A DNA stretch of 64,000 bases from Candidatus Bipolaricaulota bacterium (GCA_021735245.1 JAIPHJ010000002.1:26017-90016), one strand, 5' to 3'; shown: positions 25,818-36,784, numbered from the stretch's first letter. Numbers and translations are program-made. Notes: generated from the letters alone by a model not told the origin.

Positions 25818-27923
25818 ATGGGTTTTTCCGATCACGACTGTCACAACTTAATTGAAAACCTCCCCGAAGCTCTCTTTCTCGAGGACCTCCAGGGCAATAT
25901 TCTTGCCGTAAACAGTAAGGCCTGTGAAATACTGGGTTACACCAGGGAAAAGTTGATGGGAATGTCGGTTGAAGACATAGTGCCCGAAGGTGAACCATTA
26001 TTCTTGCCCGGTCGGGTCGACAAAGCGAAGAGGTCGGATAACCCACTTGAATCAGTAACTGTACGGAAAGACGGAACGAAAGTTCCGGTGGAGCTTAAAG
26101 GTAAGATATTAGAAATAGGGGAAGGAGAAAAAATTCTGGTCAGTCTAAGGGATATAAGTAAGCGAAAAGAAAAAGAGGAATCCGTACAGGAAAGTGAGGA
26201 GAAATATAGGACAATATTCGAATCAGCTGGCGACGCCATTTTCATGATGAAGAATAGTACTTTCGTGGATTGTAACAGGAAAACTCTGGAACTATTTGGC
26301 TGCGACCGGGACGAGTTGGTGGGTAATCCACCCTGGAAGTTTTCTCCTGAAGAGCAACCTGACGGCAGGAGTTCAAAAGAAAAAGCTCGAGAAAAGATTC
26401 AGAGGGCTCTCACTGGGGAACGCCAGTTCTTCGAGTGGGTCCACGAGAAGCTCGACGGTACGCCGATACCGACGGAAGTGAACCTGACTAGCTACGAGGT
26501 TGACGGGGAAAAGTTCTTAATGGCTATCGTCAGGGACGTTACTGAGAGGAAAGAAACGGAAAAAGAGTTGAAGCGGGCCAACGAGAAATTGGAAAAAAGT
26601 CGAGAAAGGTACCGCAGTTATTTTGAAAAATTAGGAGACGCGATCTTCATCACCAAAGCGGGAGGAGAGGACCACGGACAAATTATGGAAGTAAACTCCA
26701 CCGCCATAGACCAGACAGGCTACTCCCGGGAGGAATTGCTGGGAATGAATATCGAGGACGACCTGGCTATAACTCCGAATCGGCTGGTGGGATACATGGA
26801 TAATTATAAGACACTGGATGATGAGGAGATGATCAATTTCGTGGAGAGGAAGAGGAAAAAAGACGGAACGGAGTACTGGACGGAAGTCGTAGTGACCCAG
26901 ATTGAGTACGAAGGAAAGAACGCGGCACTATCGATTAACCGAGACATAACCGAACGCAAGCGGACTCAAGAAGCACTGAACGAAGAACGAAACAAGTTAA
27001 GAAGTCTTCACGATGCGGTGGACGATATTCAGCGTCAGGACACGGAAGAAGGGGTTGCCCGGACCGCGGTAAAAGTTGCGGAGCGGATGCTAGACTTCGA
27101 GATATGTGACATTTCCGTGGTGGAAGGCGAATACATTGTAACCATAGCCAGCTCGGCCGGAATTGGTCAAGACCAGGATACAAAATTTAAGATCACGGAA
27201 GGACTCGCTGGAAAGACTTTCAGGACGGGAGAAACCATCTGGGGCGATGATATTTCGGATAACCCTGATGCAAAGCCGATCGACGGCGATTTTAAAGCTT
27301 TTATCAGCGTACCCATAGGAGAAATAGGGGTTTTTCAGGTGATTTCCCGGGAGGAAGGAAGCTTCGACGAGGGAGACGTAGAACTGGCAGAGATACTTGC
27401 CGGTCACCTGAGGGAGGAGTTAAGGCGGGTCCGCCTGGAGAAGCAATTGAGACAGCAGGCCATCCGCGATCCCTTAACTGACCTCTACAACAGAAGATAC
27501 TTCAACGAATCTCTCCAGAAAGAGGCAGAGAAGTGCAAAAGGTATAACACCTCGCTTGCTTTCTTAATGATTGACGTAAACAGGTTCAAAGAAATTAATG
27601 ACCGCTATACTCATCAGATAGGGGACAGGGTGTTAAAAGAGGTGGCCGAATTGCTGCAGGAGAACGTAAGAAGTGCAGATACCGTGGTGAGATACGGCGG
27701 AGACGAGTTTTTAGTAATGATGCCCGAAACGTACGGGGAGATAGAGAACACCGAAGACAGGTTAAAAGAGGAATTGTCTCGCTGGAACGATCGGTCGGAT
27801 ATCCTCGATTTTCCCCTTACGTTGGCCATGGGTGTAGCCCACTGGAAACCAGACAGGGATAAGGACGTGGAAGAGGCCCTGAAAGAAGCGGACAGGAGAA
27901 TGTACAGGGATAAAGAGAAGTAA
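25818..27923 (+). CDS. PAS-PAS-PAS-GAF-GGDEF diguanylate cyclase
   Basis: 701-aa ORF with repeated PAS patterns. GGDEF site RYGGDEF with RxxD I-site (RSAD) 5 residues upstream. C-terminal ~420 aa visibly similar (by eye) to 44643-46388. Confidence 0.9.
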   Translation: MGFSDHDCHNLIENLPEALFLEDLQGNILAVNSKACEILGYTREKLMGMSVEDIVPEGEPLFLPGRVDKAKRSDNPLESVTVRKDGTKVPVELKGKILEIGEGEKILVSLRDISKRKEKEESVQESEEKYRTIFESAGDAIFMMKNSTFVDCNRKTLELFGCDRDELVGNPPWKFSPEEQPDGRSSKEKAREKIQRALTGERQFFEWVHEKLDGTPIPTEVNLTSYEVDGEKFLMAIVRDVTERKETEKELKRANEKLEKSRERYRSYFEKLGDAIFITKAGGEDHGQIMEVNSTAIDQTGYSREELLGMNIEDDLAITPNRLVGYMDNYKTLDDEEMINFVERKRKKDGTEYWTEVVVTQIEYEGKNAALSINRDITERKRTQEALNEERNKLRSLHDAVDDIQRQDTEEGVARTAVKVAERMLDFEICDISVVEGEYIVTIASSAGIGQDQDTKFKITEGLAGKTFRTGETIWGDDISDNPDAKPIDGDFKAFISVPIGEIGVFQVISREEGSFDEGDVELAEILAGHLREELRRVRLEKQLRQQAIRDPLTDLYNRRYFNESLQKEAEKCKRYNTSLAFLMIDVNRFKEINDRYTHQIGDRVLKEVAELLQENVRSADTVVRYGGDEFLVMMPETYGEIENTEDRLKEELSRWNDRSDILDFPLTLAMGVAHWKPDRDKDVEEALKEADRRMYRDKEK

Positions 27924-28207
27924 CTCCTAGCGGTGGACTAGAAAGCCCCTTAGTTTGAATCCAGAATACCCTCCTCAGCCCTATCTTCCCCCTCACTTTT
28001 GCTAATTTCCCCTATAACGGATATTAATTGTGGTAAATTCTGGTTTGGTAATTATTTTTTCTCAGTGTATAATTAAGTTGTAAATAGTTCGAGATGCTCA
28101 GTTTCTTTCGTTTAATCAAAGTGAGTGTGAGAATGTTAGTTCACCGACGGAATTGTCGAAGCCCGGAAGGTAATTTAGGCTGAATTCATCCAGTAGAGGA
28201 GGGCATT

Positions 28208-29902
28208 ATGTACTATAGAAGAGCGAGCAAAAGTTTGAGAAGCAAAAGTTATTGGTTTGTATTGTTAGTTATAGGTCTGGCTTTTGTGGTCACGTCTGGT
28301 GCACTTGTTGAAGCGGAACAGGAACACGGTTACGACGGGACGGGAAAATTCGTTTTGTCAGCCAATTCGAACGGGCAGCCAGCTCCATTCATGCTCGTTC
28401 CTCGACCACCCGAAGATTCCGGATTGGACGTGAGGATCTGGACGAATAAAAAGGTCTACCGAGTAAACGAGAACGCCCGAGTGTTCTTTGAGCTAAGCAA
28501 GAGTGCCTACGTTTATATTCTGGACTATACCCCGGGTGGCAAAGTAAACCTGATTTATCCCAACAAATGGGAAGGCAACAATAAAAGAAGTCCGGGGACT
28601 CACTCTCTACCGTCCGGAAATTATCCCTTGACGGTTACCGGTCCTACGGGGACGGAATATCTCCAGGCTCTTGCGACCACCAAGAAGATCGACATCTATC
28701 AATTTGTAAAGAATCCAAACAACCCGTTCCGGGAGAGCGGTTTTCCTGAAGTTCCCGATCCCGAGAACCTGAAAAAAGAGATACAGTCCGGGTTGAAGGC
28801 GAAGTTTGGTCTCTCTATCGGCGGTGAGGACTCGAAGGTCAGATTTCAATTGACGCCGGTTGAATGGGACACGGACTTTTACAACTTTGACGTCGTTTCT
28901 TCCTATCCGACCAATCAATCGCCAACAGCGAGTTTCTCCTACAGTCCCTCCAACCCTTCCAGCGGCGAGAGGGTACGGTTTGACGGTTCCGGTTCCCAAG
29001 ATCCGGACGGTCGTATCGTCAGGTGGGAATGGGATTTCGACGGAGACGGCACCACGGATGCTGGAGGAAGGCAAGGTTACAACACCTATTACGGTACAGG
29101 TAGAACGAGGGTACGGCTTACTGTTACGGACAACGACGGGGCTACTTCTTCCACGACAAAGTACATTCAAGTCGGCCCAAGTAACAGGACGCCTCAGGCA
29201 AGTTTCGATTACGATCCTCGCAGTCCGAGCGTCGGAGAATCCGTTCGGTTCGACGGGTCATCGTCAACTGATCCGGACGGCCGGATAGTATCCTGGAACT
29301 GGGACTTCAACGGAGACGGCAATACGGATAGTACCGGCAGGGTGGTCTGGAATAGCTTTGGATCCTCGGGAAGCAAGAGGGTTCAGTTGACAGTGAGGGA
29401 TAATCAGGGAGCGACCTCTACTACGAGTCAGATAGTTCAGGTCACCACTTCCCGTCCTCAGTTCAACCAGGTAGAGGCGAACGACTACTACAGTAGCGGC
29501 AGCACCCGGAATGGCTGGTACTGGCACAGGAATTTCGGCACCTATTCCCGCTGGACCTGGTACTCACTCTCCAGTAGACCCGACCAGGCTTATCTAAACT
29601 TCGATCTGCTCGTTACCAACCAGGATGGCGGTAGCGGCTACGATTCCGTGATAGAGATTCTTATCGAGGATAGAAACGGTAATACCATTGAAAGAGGAAG
29701 CGTGGATCTTGCCAACACGTATAGACCACAGTATTCCGGTGATACGGGCGGAGTAGGTTACGAAGCCTCCGGTTCCTATAGAATTAGCAACCCGGGCGCG
29801 TTAAGGGACGGATTCCGGGTCAGGGTCGAATGGCCACCGAGGAACAACAGCTATTACTTTGGAACCCGGAGAAGCGCCGTGAAATTGGCTTACGAGTATT
29901 AA
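28208..29902 (+). CDS. Exported protein: DUF4384-like domain, two PKD domains, C-terminal beta-rich domain
   Basis: 564-aa ORF with a signal/TM. VRIWTNKKVYRVNENARVFFELSKSAYVYILDYTPGGKVNLIYPN (DUF4384 pattern). Two W[ED]WDF[DN]GDG PKD units. Confidence 0.8.
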   Translation: MYYRRASKSLRSKSYWFVLLVIGLAFVVTSGALVEAEQEHGYDGTGKFVLSANSNGQPAPFMLVPRPPEDSGLDVRIWTNKKVYRVNENARVFFELSKSAYVYILDYTPGGKVNLIYPNKWEGNNKRSPGTHSLPSGNYPLTVTGPTGTEYLQALATTKKIDIYQFVKNPNNPFRESGFPEVPDPENLKKEIQSGLKAKFGLSIGGEDSKVRFQLTPVEWDTDFYNFDVVSSYPTNQSPTASFSYSPSNPSSGERVRFDGSGSQDPDGRIVRWEWDFDGDGTTDAGGRQGYNTYYGTGRTRVRLTVTDNDGATSSTTKYIQVGPSNRTPQASFDYDPRSPSVGESVRFDGSSSTDPDGRIVSWNWDFNGDGNTDSTGRVVWNSFGSSGSKRVQLTVRDNQGATSTTSQIVQVTTSRPQFNQVEANDYYSSGSTRNGWYWHRNFGTYSRWTWYSLSSRPDQAYLNFDLLVTNQDGGSGYDSVIEILIEDRNGNTIERGSVDLANTYRPQYSGDTGGVGYEASGSYRISNPGALRDGFRVRVEWPPRNNSYYFGTRRSAVKLAYEY

Positions 29903-29920
29903 GGTGGATAAATTCAGGAG

Positions 29921-30466
29921 GTGACTGGCATGATTAAGGTGAATAATGGGTTTCGACTGATATCGGCAGTACTGGTGCTGTCGTTGTTTCTTTTCCCGGT
30001 TCTGGGGTACGGGAATAACGGCTTTACTTCAGCCCAACAGGACCGGGTGGAAAGTATCCTGACCGATAAATACGCCAAGCTGCCCGAAATAGACTTCGAT
30101 TTCGACGATCAACCTGCAGCGACTTTCGAGGGGGTGAGTTTCAGACCCTACAGCCATCTTGCTATATCTTTGCCCAATCTTACGGACGGTCTCTTGGTCG
30201 GCCTGATTACGTATGGAGATACGACCTACTTAGCGATGGCTGTTGAGCTACCCGAGGAAATGGAAGCGGGTTACGGCGCCGGACTGTTAGATCTCTCCGC
30301 GGAGAAGGCGGTATTTGCCGCTAAAGCAGAAATTTCCCAGCAGGAAGAAAGCGTCGATAAAGTAAGTTTTGATCTAAGTTCGGTCGATGAGGATTCGCCC
30401 GACCTGGACCTGGTAATAAGCGGCCGCAAGTACGTAGTTGAGACGATAATACCAAAGTCCCTGTAG
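29921..30466 (+). CDS. Hypothetical exported acidic protein
   Basis: 181-aa ORF with a signal peptide, 19 nt after the upstream stop. Confidence 0.6.
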   Translation: MTGMIKVNNGFRLISAVLVLSLFLFPVLGYGNNGFTSAQQDRVESILTDKYAKLPEIDFDFDDQPAATFEGVSFRPYSHLAISLPNLTDGLLVGLITYGDTTYLAMAVELPEEMEAGYGAGLLDLSAEKAVFAAKAEISQQEESVDKVSFDLSSVDEDSPDLDLVISGRKYVVETIIPKSL

Positions 30467-30491
30467 GAAAACTTGAACCGATAATTAATGA

Positions 30492-30526
30492 CCCGTCGGG
30501 AAGATCTCATTCCCGGCGGGTTTTTT
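30492..30526 (+). terminator. Rho-independent terminator
   Basis: CCCGTCGGGAA pairs with TTCCCGGCGGG (one G-U), 7-nt loop, then T6 (30521-30526). Confidence 0.8.
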
Positions 30527-30552
30527 GGTTAGCGGAAAAATTTAGCGAGTGT

Positions 30553-31344
30553 TTAACGACCGAGAACAAGAATTAGCAGGGAAGCTATTAAGCCTGCCCC
30601 CAGCAGCTGCAACACGGACCGCTCCACTCCAAATATCTTGGGCACTTCTTCCGGGGCGTTTGGCTTTGTCAGAGCTAGCAGTTCCACGTTTCCCCCGGGT
30701 TGGCTCCTCGTGGCAAAGTAGTTATATCTCGTTCCCGCCTTCAATTCTACTTTTTTTTCAGTTATAAGATCTCCAGATTCGGTCTCGGTTAGCCTAAATA
30801 GGTAATTATCCGGGGGGATCAGCTGACAGCCCCCTCCCGTGCGAAAAGCCAGGTTGGTGTACAGGGTGGGCCCGTACTTTATCGAGAGGTCAGCCCTGGG
30901 ACTATTTCCGACTGCGTTGGTAAACTTCACCTGAGCGAGACTTTCCGTGGGCCGGCAGTTGTCTATTACGTAGATTAGCTGGAGGTCTTCGTCCTCGCGA
31001 TTCCCGGTTACTGCGACCGTGTACTCCATGTCCTTCCGGAAGGGGAAAGGAGAGTTAAGAACGACAGGGTTAGGTCCGTCTTTAGTTTTGCTGATTACGC
31101 GATGTCGGTCGGGATTGATACCTACGTAATCCGTACTTTCCTTAAATTTAAGGCCCTGCTGGACCAATCGTCCGTCTATCCATATATCAAAAGGACCGGC
31201 ATCCGGGGCAAGGTTGAGGAACCGTATTCCTGTGGCGGCCCGGCCCCCCGGAGAAGGAGCTATAATGACGAAAAAGAAAACCAGGGCAGCCGCGAGGGAT
31301 AAAGTTAACTTACCGGGTTGCCCTGGATATTCTGTCGATTTCAT
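30553..31344 (-). CDS. DUF4397-domain protein with signal peptide and C-terminal TM anchor
   Basis: IRFLNLAPDAGPFDIWIDGRLVQQGLKFKESTDYVGINP matches the recalled DUF4397 pattern, repeated once. Confidence 0.7.
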   Translation of the reverse strand: MKSTEYPGQPGKLTLSLAAALVFFFVIIAPSPGGRAATGIRFLNLAPDAGPFDIWIDGRLVQQGLKFKESTDYVGINPDRHRVISKTKDGPNPVVLNSPFPFRKDMEYTVAVTGNREDEDLQLIYVIDNCRPTESLAQVKFTNAVGNSPRADLSIKYGPTLYTNLAFRTGGGCQLIPPDNYLFRLTETESGDLITEKKVELKAGTRYNYFATRSQPGGNVELLALTKPNAPEEVPKIFGVERSVLQLLGAGLIASLLILVLGR

Positions 31345-31404
31345 TCCGTCAAATCTTAAAGCTGTTGGACCTGAAAGGGATATGACGCCTCCTGAACGGC
31401 TAAT

Positions 31405-32013
31405 CTATTCCGACTTGTCGCGAGCCGCTATCACTTCGTCGATGATTCCGTAGTCGGCCGCTTCCTCGGGGTCCATGAAGAAGTCCCTTTCCGTATCCTC
31501 CGCAATCTTATCTAAGGGTTGACCTGTGTGATCTGCCAGGATTTTGTTGACCCGTTTTTTCACCTTTACCAGTTCGTTGGCGTGTATTTCCACGTCCGTC
31601 GCCTGTCCCTGAGCTCCCCCCAGAGGTTGATGGATCAAAATTCTTGAGTTGGGCAGGGCGTAGCGCTTGCCGGACTCTCCCGCGGCCAGAAGAAGGGCTC
31701 CCATGCTCGAAGCCTGGCCGACGCAGATCGTTTTTACTTCCGGCTTAACGTACTGCATCGTGTCGTATATCGCCAGGCCGCCGGTTACAACTCCACCCTG
31801 GGTGTTGATGTAAAGGTTGATTTCCTGGCTCGGGTTTTCCGCTTCGAGGAAAAGCATCTGAGCAATTATTACGTTGGAAAGTTCGTCAGTTACCGGACCT
31901 TTCAGGAATACAATTCTATCCTTTAACAGCCGGGAGTAAATGTCGTAAGTTCTTTCTACTCCGTCCGTTTTATCCACGACAAAGGGAACTTGTGACCTCG
32001 GTTCACTCATCAT
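31405..32013 (-). CDS. clpP: ATP-dependent Clp protease proteolytic subunit
   Basis: [15 protein letters not shown]..., catalytic Ser in [17 protein letters not shown]. Overlaps the tig stop. Confidence 0.95.
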   Translation of the reverse strand: MMSEPRSQVPFVVDKTDGVERTYDIYSRLLKDRIVFLKGPVTDELSNVIIAQMLFLEAENPSQEINLYINTQGGVVTGGLAIYDTMQYVKPEVKTICVGQASSMGALLLAAGESGKRYALPNSRILIHQPLGGAQGQATDVEIHANELVKVKKRVNKILADHTGQPLDKIAEDTERDFFMDPEEAADYGIIDEVIAARDKSE

Positions 32014-33250
32014 TACCCTCCTCTGAGATTAAGTTTGCCGAATCGATTAAAAACTCGAACACTCTTTCGTGAGTCAGAGAATCTCGATAAGACTCCAGTC
32101 GGTCCTGAGCCCGCAGCTGGTTCTTTAGCTTTATCGGGTTGACTCCCTGTTTCTCCGCTTGCTCCTCAAGTTCTTCTTCGAATTCTTCGTCTGAGAGCTC
32201 AATATCCTCCAGCTCCGCGATTCTCTCGAGAACAAGCCTTTGCTTCAGCTGTTCTTCGGTGGATTTCTCCAGGTCTTCGATCCAGTCTTCTTCGGTTTTT
32301 CCTTCCTGTTCAAGAAGGTCGGCAAAAGAGTCATCACCGATTTGCTGCTTCGTTTCTTCGACCTTATTGTTTACGATCTGTTCGAGCATCTTTTTCGGAG
32401 GCGAAAAGTCGTTCTTCTCTATGATCTTTTCCAGAATCTTATCTCCGATTTCGTCAGTCCTTTCTTTCTCTTTTTGCTCGAATAGATCGGATTTGATCTC
32501 CGTTCTCAGACTCTCCAGGTCGTCGTAACCGAGGTCTTTGGCAAATTCGTCGTCGATTTCGGGAAGTTCCAGTTCCTTGATGTCCGATACTTCCAGTTCT
32601 ATCTCTTCGTCCGGAGTTTCCGCGCTTACCTCGACTGCGTCCCCCACGGATTTTCCTATGAGGTCGCTCGTCGGATTATCTTCGTCCTCGCTGACCTCAA
32701 CTTCCTGGGTGTTGCCGTCGGGATCGCTTACCGTTACGTGATCTCCCGCCTCTACGACCCCTTCTTCCTTTGGTACGAGCTGACCGTTTTCTTCTCTCAG
32801 AGACTGTATTTCCTCTTCTATTTCCTCTTCCGTGACCTCTTCCGTGCCGGGGTCCTCTACTTCTATTCCCTTGTAGTCTTCCAGTTCGACTTCCGGCATT
32901 ACTTCGACGGAGGCCTCGAAGGTGAAATCTTCGCCTTGCTCGAAGTCCTCGATCTCCGTTTCGGGTTCCGATACCGGATTTATTTCGTTTTCTTCCAGTG
33001 CCTTTGGCAAGTACTCCTCCACCAGTTCTTTTTGCGCGTCCTCGTAAAAAACGTCGTCGCCGAACCTGGCTTTGACGAAGCTCTTGGGGACCTTGCCTTT
33101 TCTAAAACCAGGGAGGTCCAGTTCTTCTACTGTTTTGTTGTATATTTCGTCGAGCTTGTTGTTTACGGTATTGCTGTCTATAGTTATCTCCAGCGTTACC
33201 TCTGTCGCTTTCCTGTCTTTTATTGTAGATTTCAAGCCTTTTACCTCCAT
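32003..33250 (-). CDS. tig: Trigger factor (very acidic)
   Basis: Start set to ATG 33250 (MEVKGLKS...). [17 protein letters not shown] ribosome-binding signature. The track's TTG 33310 adds 20 atypical residues. Confidence 0.9.
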   Translation of the reverse strand: MEVKGLKSTIKDRKATEVTLEITIDSNTVNNKLDEIYNKTVEELDLPGFRKGKVPKSFVKARFGDDVFYEDAQKELVEEYLPKALEENEINPVSEPETEIEDFEQGEDFTFEASVEVMPEVELEDYKGIEVEDPGTEEVTEEEIEEEIQSLREENGQLVPKEEGVVEAGDHVTVSDPDGNTQEVEVSEDEDNPTSDLIGKSVGDAVEVSAETPDEEIELEVSDIKELELPEIDDEFAKDLGYDDLESLRTEIKSDLFEQKEKERTDEIGDKILEKIIEKNDFSPPKKMLEQIVNNKVEETKQQIGDDSFADLLEQEGKTEEDWIEDLEKSTEEQLKQRLVLERIAELEDIELSDEEFEEELEEQAEKQGVNPIKLKNQLRAQDRLESYRDSLTHERVFEFLIDSANLISEEGNDE

Positions 33251-33405
33251 GTGACTGCTCAAATATTGATAAGCCTGAACAATTATAGTTGTATCCCGGA
33301 ATTGCTGCAATGGAGGAAGAAATACGTCGAACCCTCGTTTTTGTGATTTTTCCCGAAACCCATTAGACTATTGGGTGTTACGAGTCACCAAGGAGGTAAA
33401 GTTAT

Positions 33406-35196
33406 ATGGCCGAAACCTACAAAAGAGACGAGCTGGAAGATAGATTCAAGTGGAACCTGGAAAGTATCTACGAATCCGACGATGAGTGGGAAGAAGAGTT
33501 CGGAGACGTCGAGAAACTGCTGACGGAGTTCGACCGATATCAGGGGAAAGTGGTGGAAAGTGGGGAGACCCTGCTGGATGTCCTGGATTTGCGGGAGAAG
33601 GTCTTCAGAAAAGTTGACAGTCTCTTTGCCTATGCCAGAATGAGAAGCGACGAAGACACCAGAAACCAGACCTATCAGGCCATGAATTCTCGAGCCCGAG
33701 GTCTACACTCCAGCGCGGAGTCGGCCGCCAGTTTTATCGAACCCGAAATCCAATCCTCTTCGAAGGAAGAAATCGAGGAACTAATTGTCGGTAATTCGGA
33801 GCTGGAAACGTACCGTCATTACCTGGAAGACGTGCTCAGGCTGAAACCTCACACGAGGAGTGCCGAGGTGGAGGGACTCGTGGCCGATCTCGAGGAGGTA
33901 CTGGCCGCCCCCGGAGAAATTTACAATTACCTGACCAATGCCGACCTGGAGTTTCCGGAAGTGGACGATCCGGACGGGGGGAAGGTCAAAATAACGCTGA
34001 GCAATTTTGTGAACCTGTTGAAGAGGGACGAAAGGGAGTTCAGACAGGAAGTCTACGAAGAATTCTTCGACCGATTCGAGGAGCTGAGCAACACGGTCTC
34101 CGTCTCCTACGAGAACAGCGTCAAGACGGACAATAAACTGGCAGGGATCAGGAACTACGATTCGGCGCGAGAGAAGTCCATGGATCAAAACAACATTCCG
34201 GTAGAGGTTTACGATAATCTTGTAAGAGTGGTTGAAGACAACCTCGACCTGCTTCACAAACATCTCCGGCTAAAGAGGGAAGCTTTGGGGAGCGAGGAGC
34301 TCAGAATGTGGGACGTCTATGCTTCCATGGCGGAACCCGAGATCCCGGACATCCCTTACGAGGAAGCGAAAGACTACGTGCTGGAGGCTGTCGAAGTTCT
34401 GGGAGACGATTACCGGGACCAGATAGAGCAGGGATTCCGGTCTCGCTGGATCGACGTGTACGAGACCCCGGCCAAGCGTGCCGGAGCTTACAGCGGCGGT
34501 GCTTACGATACCCAGCCGTTTATCCTCATGAACTACGAGGGGGATATCTCTTCTCTCTACACGCTGGCTCACGAGCTCGGCCATTCCATGCATTCCAAGC
34601 TAACCTCCGAACACCAGCCCTACGTCTACGGGGACTACTCGATATTCGTCGCGGAAGTCGCCAGTACTCTGCACGAAGCCCTGCTCACGGAGCACCTGCT
34701 GGAAAGCGAGTCTGACCCGGACTTTAGACTTCACCTGCTGGATCACTTTCTGGAATCGTTCCGGACTACACTCTTCCGTCAGACCCTGTTCGCTCACTTC
34801 GAGCACGAAGTTCACGAAAAGGTCAGCGCGGGAGAAGGACTTACTTTCGATAGGTTGAACGAGCTGTTCGGGACCCTGAAAAACGAGTATTACGCACCCG
34901 CGGTGGTCGACGATAGAATTGAATTCGAATGGATGAGAATCCCTCATTTCTACAGGGCTTATTACGTCTATCAGTACAGTACGGGCGTTAGCGCTTCTCT
35001 TGCCCTGTCAGAAAAGGTCATGGAGGAAGGAGAATCGGCCGTGGATCGGTACCTGGATCTCCTGAAGACCGGCTCGAGCAAGTATCCTCTCGAATCTCTG
35101 CGGGATGCGGGAGTCGACATGAGAGAACCGGGACCCGTCGAGCGGGCCCTGTCGACCTACGAGAAGTATCTCGACCGGATGGAGGAACTTATTTAG
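33406..35196 (+). CDS. pepF: Oligoendopeptidase F (M3B)
   Basis: 596-aa ORF with the HELGHSMH zinc motif and typical M3B length and architecture. Confidence 0.9.
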   Translation: MAETYKRDELEDRFKWNLESIYESDDEWEEEFGDVEKLLTEFDRYQGKVVESGETLLDVLDLREKVFRKVDSLFAYARMRSDEDTRNQTYQAMNSRARGLHSSAESAASFIEPEIQSSSKEEIEELIVGNSELETYRHYLEDVLRLKPHTRSAEVEGLVADLEEVLAAPGEIYNYLTNADLEFPEVDDPDGGKVKITLSNFVNLLKRDEREFRQEVYEEFFDRFEELSNTVSVSYENSVKTDNKLAGIRNYDSAREKSMDQNNIPVEVYDNLVRVVEDNLDLLHKHLRLKREALGSEELRMWDVYASMAEPEIPDIPYEEAKDYVLEAVEVLGDDYRDQIEQGFRSRWIDVYETPAKRAGAYSGGAYDTQPFILMNYEGDISSLYTLAHELGHSMHSKLTSEHQPYVYGDYSIFVAEVASTLHEALLTEHLLESESDPDFRLHLLDHFLESFRTTLFRQTLFAHFEHEVHEKVSAGEGLTFDRLNELFGTLKNEYYAPAVVDDRIEFEWMRIPHFYRAYYVYQYSTGVSASLALSEKVMEEGESAVDRYLDLLKTGSSKYPLESLRDAGVDMREPGPVERALSTYEKYLDRMEELI

Positions 35197-35285
35197 CTGT
35201 CAGCAACCCGCCCGGCGGGCGGAGTTTGATATAAAATCGCGGAAAACCAGCCTATTAACTTCCTGGTGTTCCCGGGAATCTTGCT

Positions 35286-35325
35286 AAAAATAGATAAGCG
35301 GGAGCGTGAAAACTCCCGCTTATCT
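35286..35325 (-). terminator. Rho-independent terminator of the ferritin gene
   Basis: AGATAAGCGGGAG pairs with CTCCCGCTTATCT (13-bp stem, 8-nt loop), followed on the minus strand by ATTTTTAG. Confidence 0.75.
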
Positions 35326-35353
35326 TGTCTAGTTTTAACTATAACGGTTCTAG

Positions 35354-35854
35354 TTATTCGTCGGTTGCCTGGCGCCTTCCCAGTGCGTTGTCCAGTGTCA
35401 GAAGACCCGGACCACTTTCTCCCACCATTTTTATCTTGTCGACTATGGCTTCCGTCGATGCCTCTTCCTCGACCTGCTCTTCGACGAACCATTCCAGCAT
35501 GTTTCTGGTTGCCTTGTCTTCCTTCTCTTCAGCCAGATCCACCAGTTCGTCTATCTTCCTTGTGATGTACTGTTCGTGCTCGTAAGCGTCTTCGAAGGCC
35601 TCCTGAGGAGAATTCCAGTCGGCTTTTGGCTCCTCGATAGGCTGGAGCTTCACCCGACCTCTCCGCTCGTTGAGATAGCGAAAGATACGCATCGCGTGTT
35701 CCATCTCTTCCTGCGCCTGCATCTCCATCCAGGTGGCAAATCCGTCTAAAGACTCTGATTCAAAGTAAGCTTCCATCGACAGGTAAATGTAGTAAGAATT
35801 CAACTCTTCATTGATCTGGTCGTTTAACCTTTTTTCGACTGCTTTGTCTATCAT
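35354..35854 (-). CDS. ftn: Non-haem ferritin
   Basis: 166-aa ORF. LNDQINEELNSYYIYLSMEAYF...QEEMEHAMRIF...EHEQYIT are ferroxidase-centre Glu/His motifs. Confidence 0.9.
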   Translation of the reverse strand: MIDKAVEKRLNDQINEELNSYYIYLSMEAYFESESLDGFATWMEMQAQEEMEHAMRIFRYLNERRGRVKLQPIEEPKADWNSPQEAFEDAYEHEQYITRKIDELVDLAEEKEDKATRNMLEWFVEEQVEEEASTEAIVDKIKMVGESGPGLLTLDNALGRRQATDE

Positions 35855-36298
35855 TGGTTCCTCCTGGTTAATTTTTGGTTTTAGTATTTTAGACCTCTAA
35901 TTTGCAACGATACTATTCTAATAGAAATAGTTATTTATTACAACTCATTATTAGTTCAAATTTCGATATTGTCCGGGAAGTCGAGCTATTTTTCCAACAC
36001 TAATCGAATTTAGCCAGGAATTTCGGTCGAATTGTATAGTAGCGAGTTTGAATGGTTCTTTGTAAGAAAAGTTGGCATTTTTGATCATATTTAATCTAGG
36101 TTAAGTAAAAAATTAAATCATATTATGGATGAAAATTTCTATCAGTTATAAAATACAATCAAACATTTTCCCGGGGTTTGAAGTTGGGTTCGTTAAAACT
36201 TCAGCCGGCTGAACGTTCTAGGTCCGATTCGGCGCCAAATTATAGACTAGCTTATCGAAAATGCCGAATATTTCGTCTTTGCAAAATAGGAGGTAAAA

Positions 36299-36709
36299 AT
36301 GCAAAAGACGAAACTTGCCCTCGTTTCATTGTTGAGTTTGCTTGTCGTACTGGCGCCAGTCTCTAACGCGCTGGCACAAACTAAAAAGGTAAAAAAACCC
36401 GTAAGGGTAGGGGAGGAATTAGCACAGAAGCAGAGAAATTACACTGAGGGGTCCGAATTTAAGAAGATAGAGGAGTTAGGTGGAAAAAAAGTTGGCGATG
36501 ATACCCTTGATCGAAAAGAGGGTGAAGGGCCATTTGGGGCTATGATTGGGGCAGTAGCAGGTGCGATAGTTGGTTTGGGTGCTAGTTTGGCAAATGGTAT
36601 TACAAACCATCATGGTGCCGCTAGGATGGCCAGGGACGTAGTTGTAACAACAGCAACGTGTGGCGCTGCGGGGGCAACGATTGGTGGTCTCGCTACTGGA
36701 CCAACTTAA
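36299..36709 (+). CDS. Sec-exported glycine-zipper protein with an internal double-glycine motif (candidate precursor)
   Basis: AGGAGG SD. Signal peptide ..LAPVSNALA-QT. EFKKIEELGG-KK. C-terminal GAMIGAVAGAIVGLGASLANG...CGAAGATIGGLATGPT. Confidence 0.75.
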   Translation: MQKTKLALVSLLSLLVVLAPVSNALAQTKKVKKPVRVGEELAQKQRNYTEGSEFKKIEELGGKKVGDDTLDRKEGEGPFGAMIGAVAGAIVGLGASLANGITNHHGAARMARDVVVTTATCGAAGATIGGLATGPT

Positions 36710-36720
36710 AAAGTCCATTA

Positions 36721-36770
36721 AAGAAAAGGCAGATAAAGGAGGTAAACACCAATTTTATCTGCCTTTTCTT
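36721..36770 (+). terminator. Strong hairpin (17-bp perfect stem) between the precursor gene and downstream genes; terminator or attenuator
   Basis: AAGAAAAGGCAGATAAA (36721-36737) pairs with TTTATCTGCCTTTTCTT (36754-36770), 16-nt loop. The 3' arm is T-rich. Confidence 0.7.
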
Positions 36771-36784
36771 CTTAAGGAAAGGAG

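Noticed and set aside
32139-33346. Plus-strand ORFs 32139-32528, 32240-32485, 32538-32741, 32738-33346 and 33072-33254
   Set aside because: All are antisense to the trigger-factor gene. Their products are low-complexity Ser/Phe/Leu-rich, as expected from the reverse complement of a Glu/Lys-rich gene.
35855-35960. Fur box upstream of the ferritin gene
   Set aside because: The region is simply A+T-rich (AATAGAAATAGTTATTTATTA). There is no convincing 19-bp GATAATGATAATCATTATC-like dyad.
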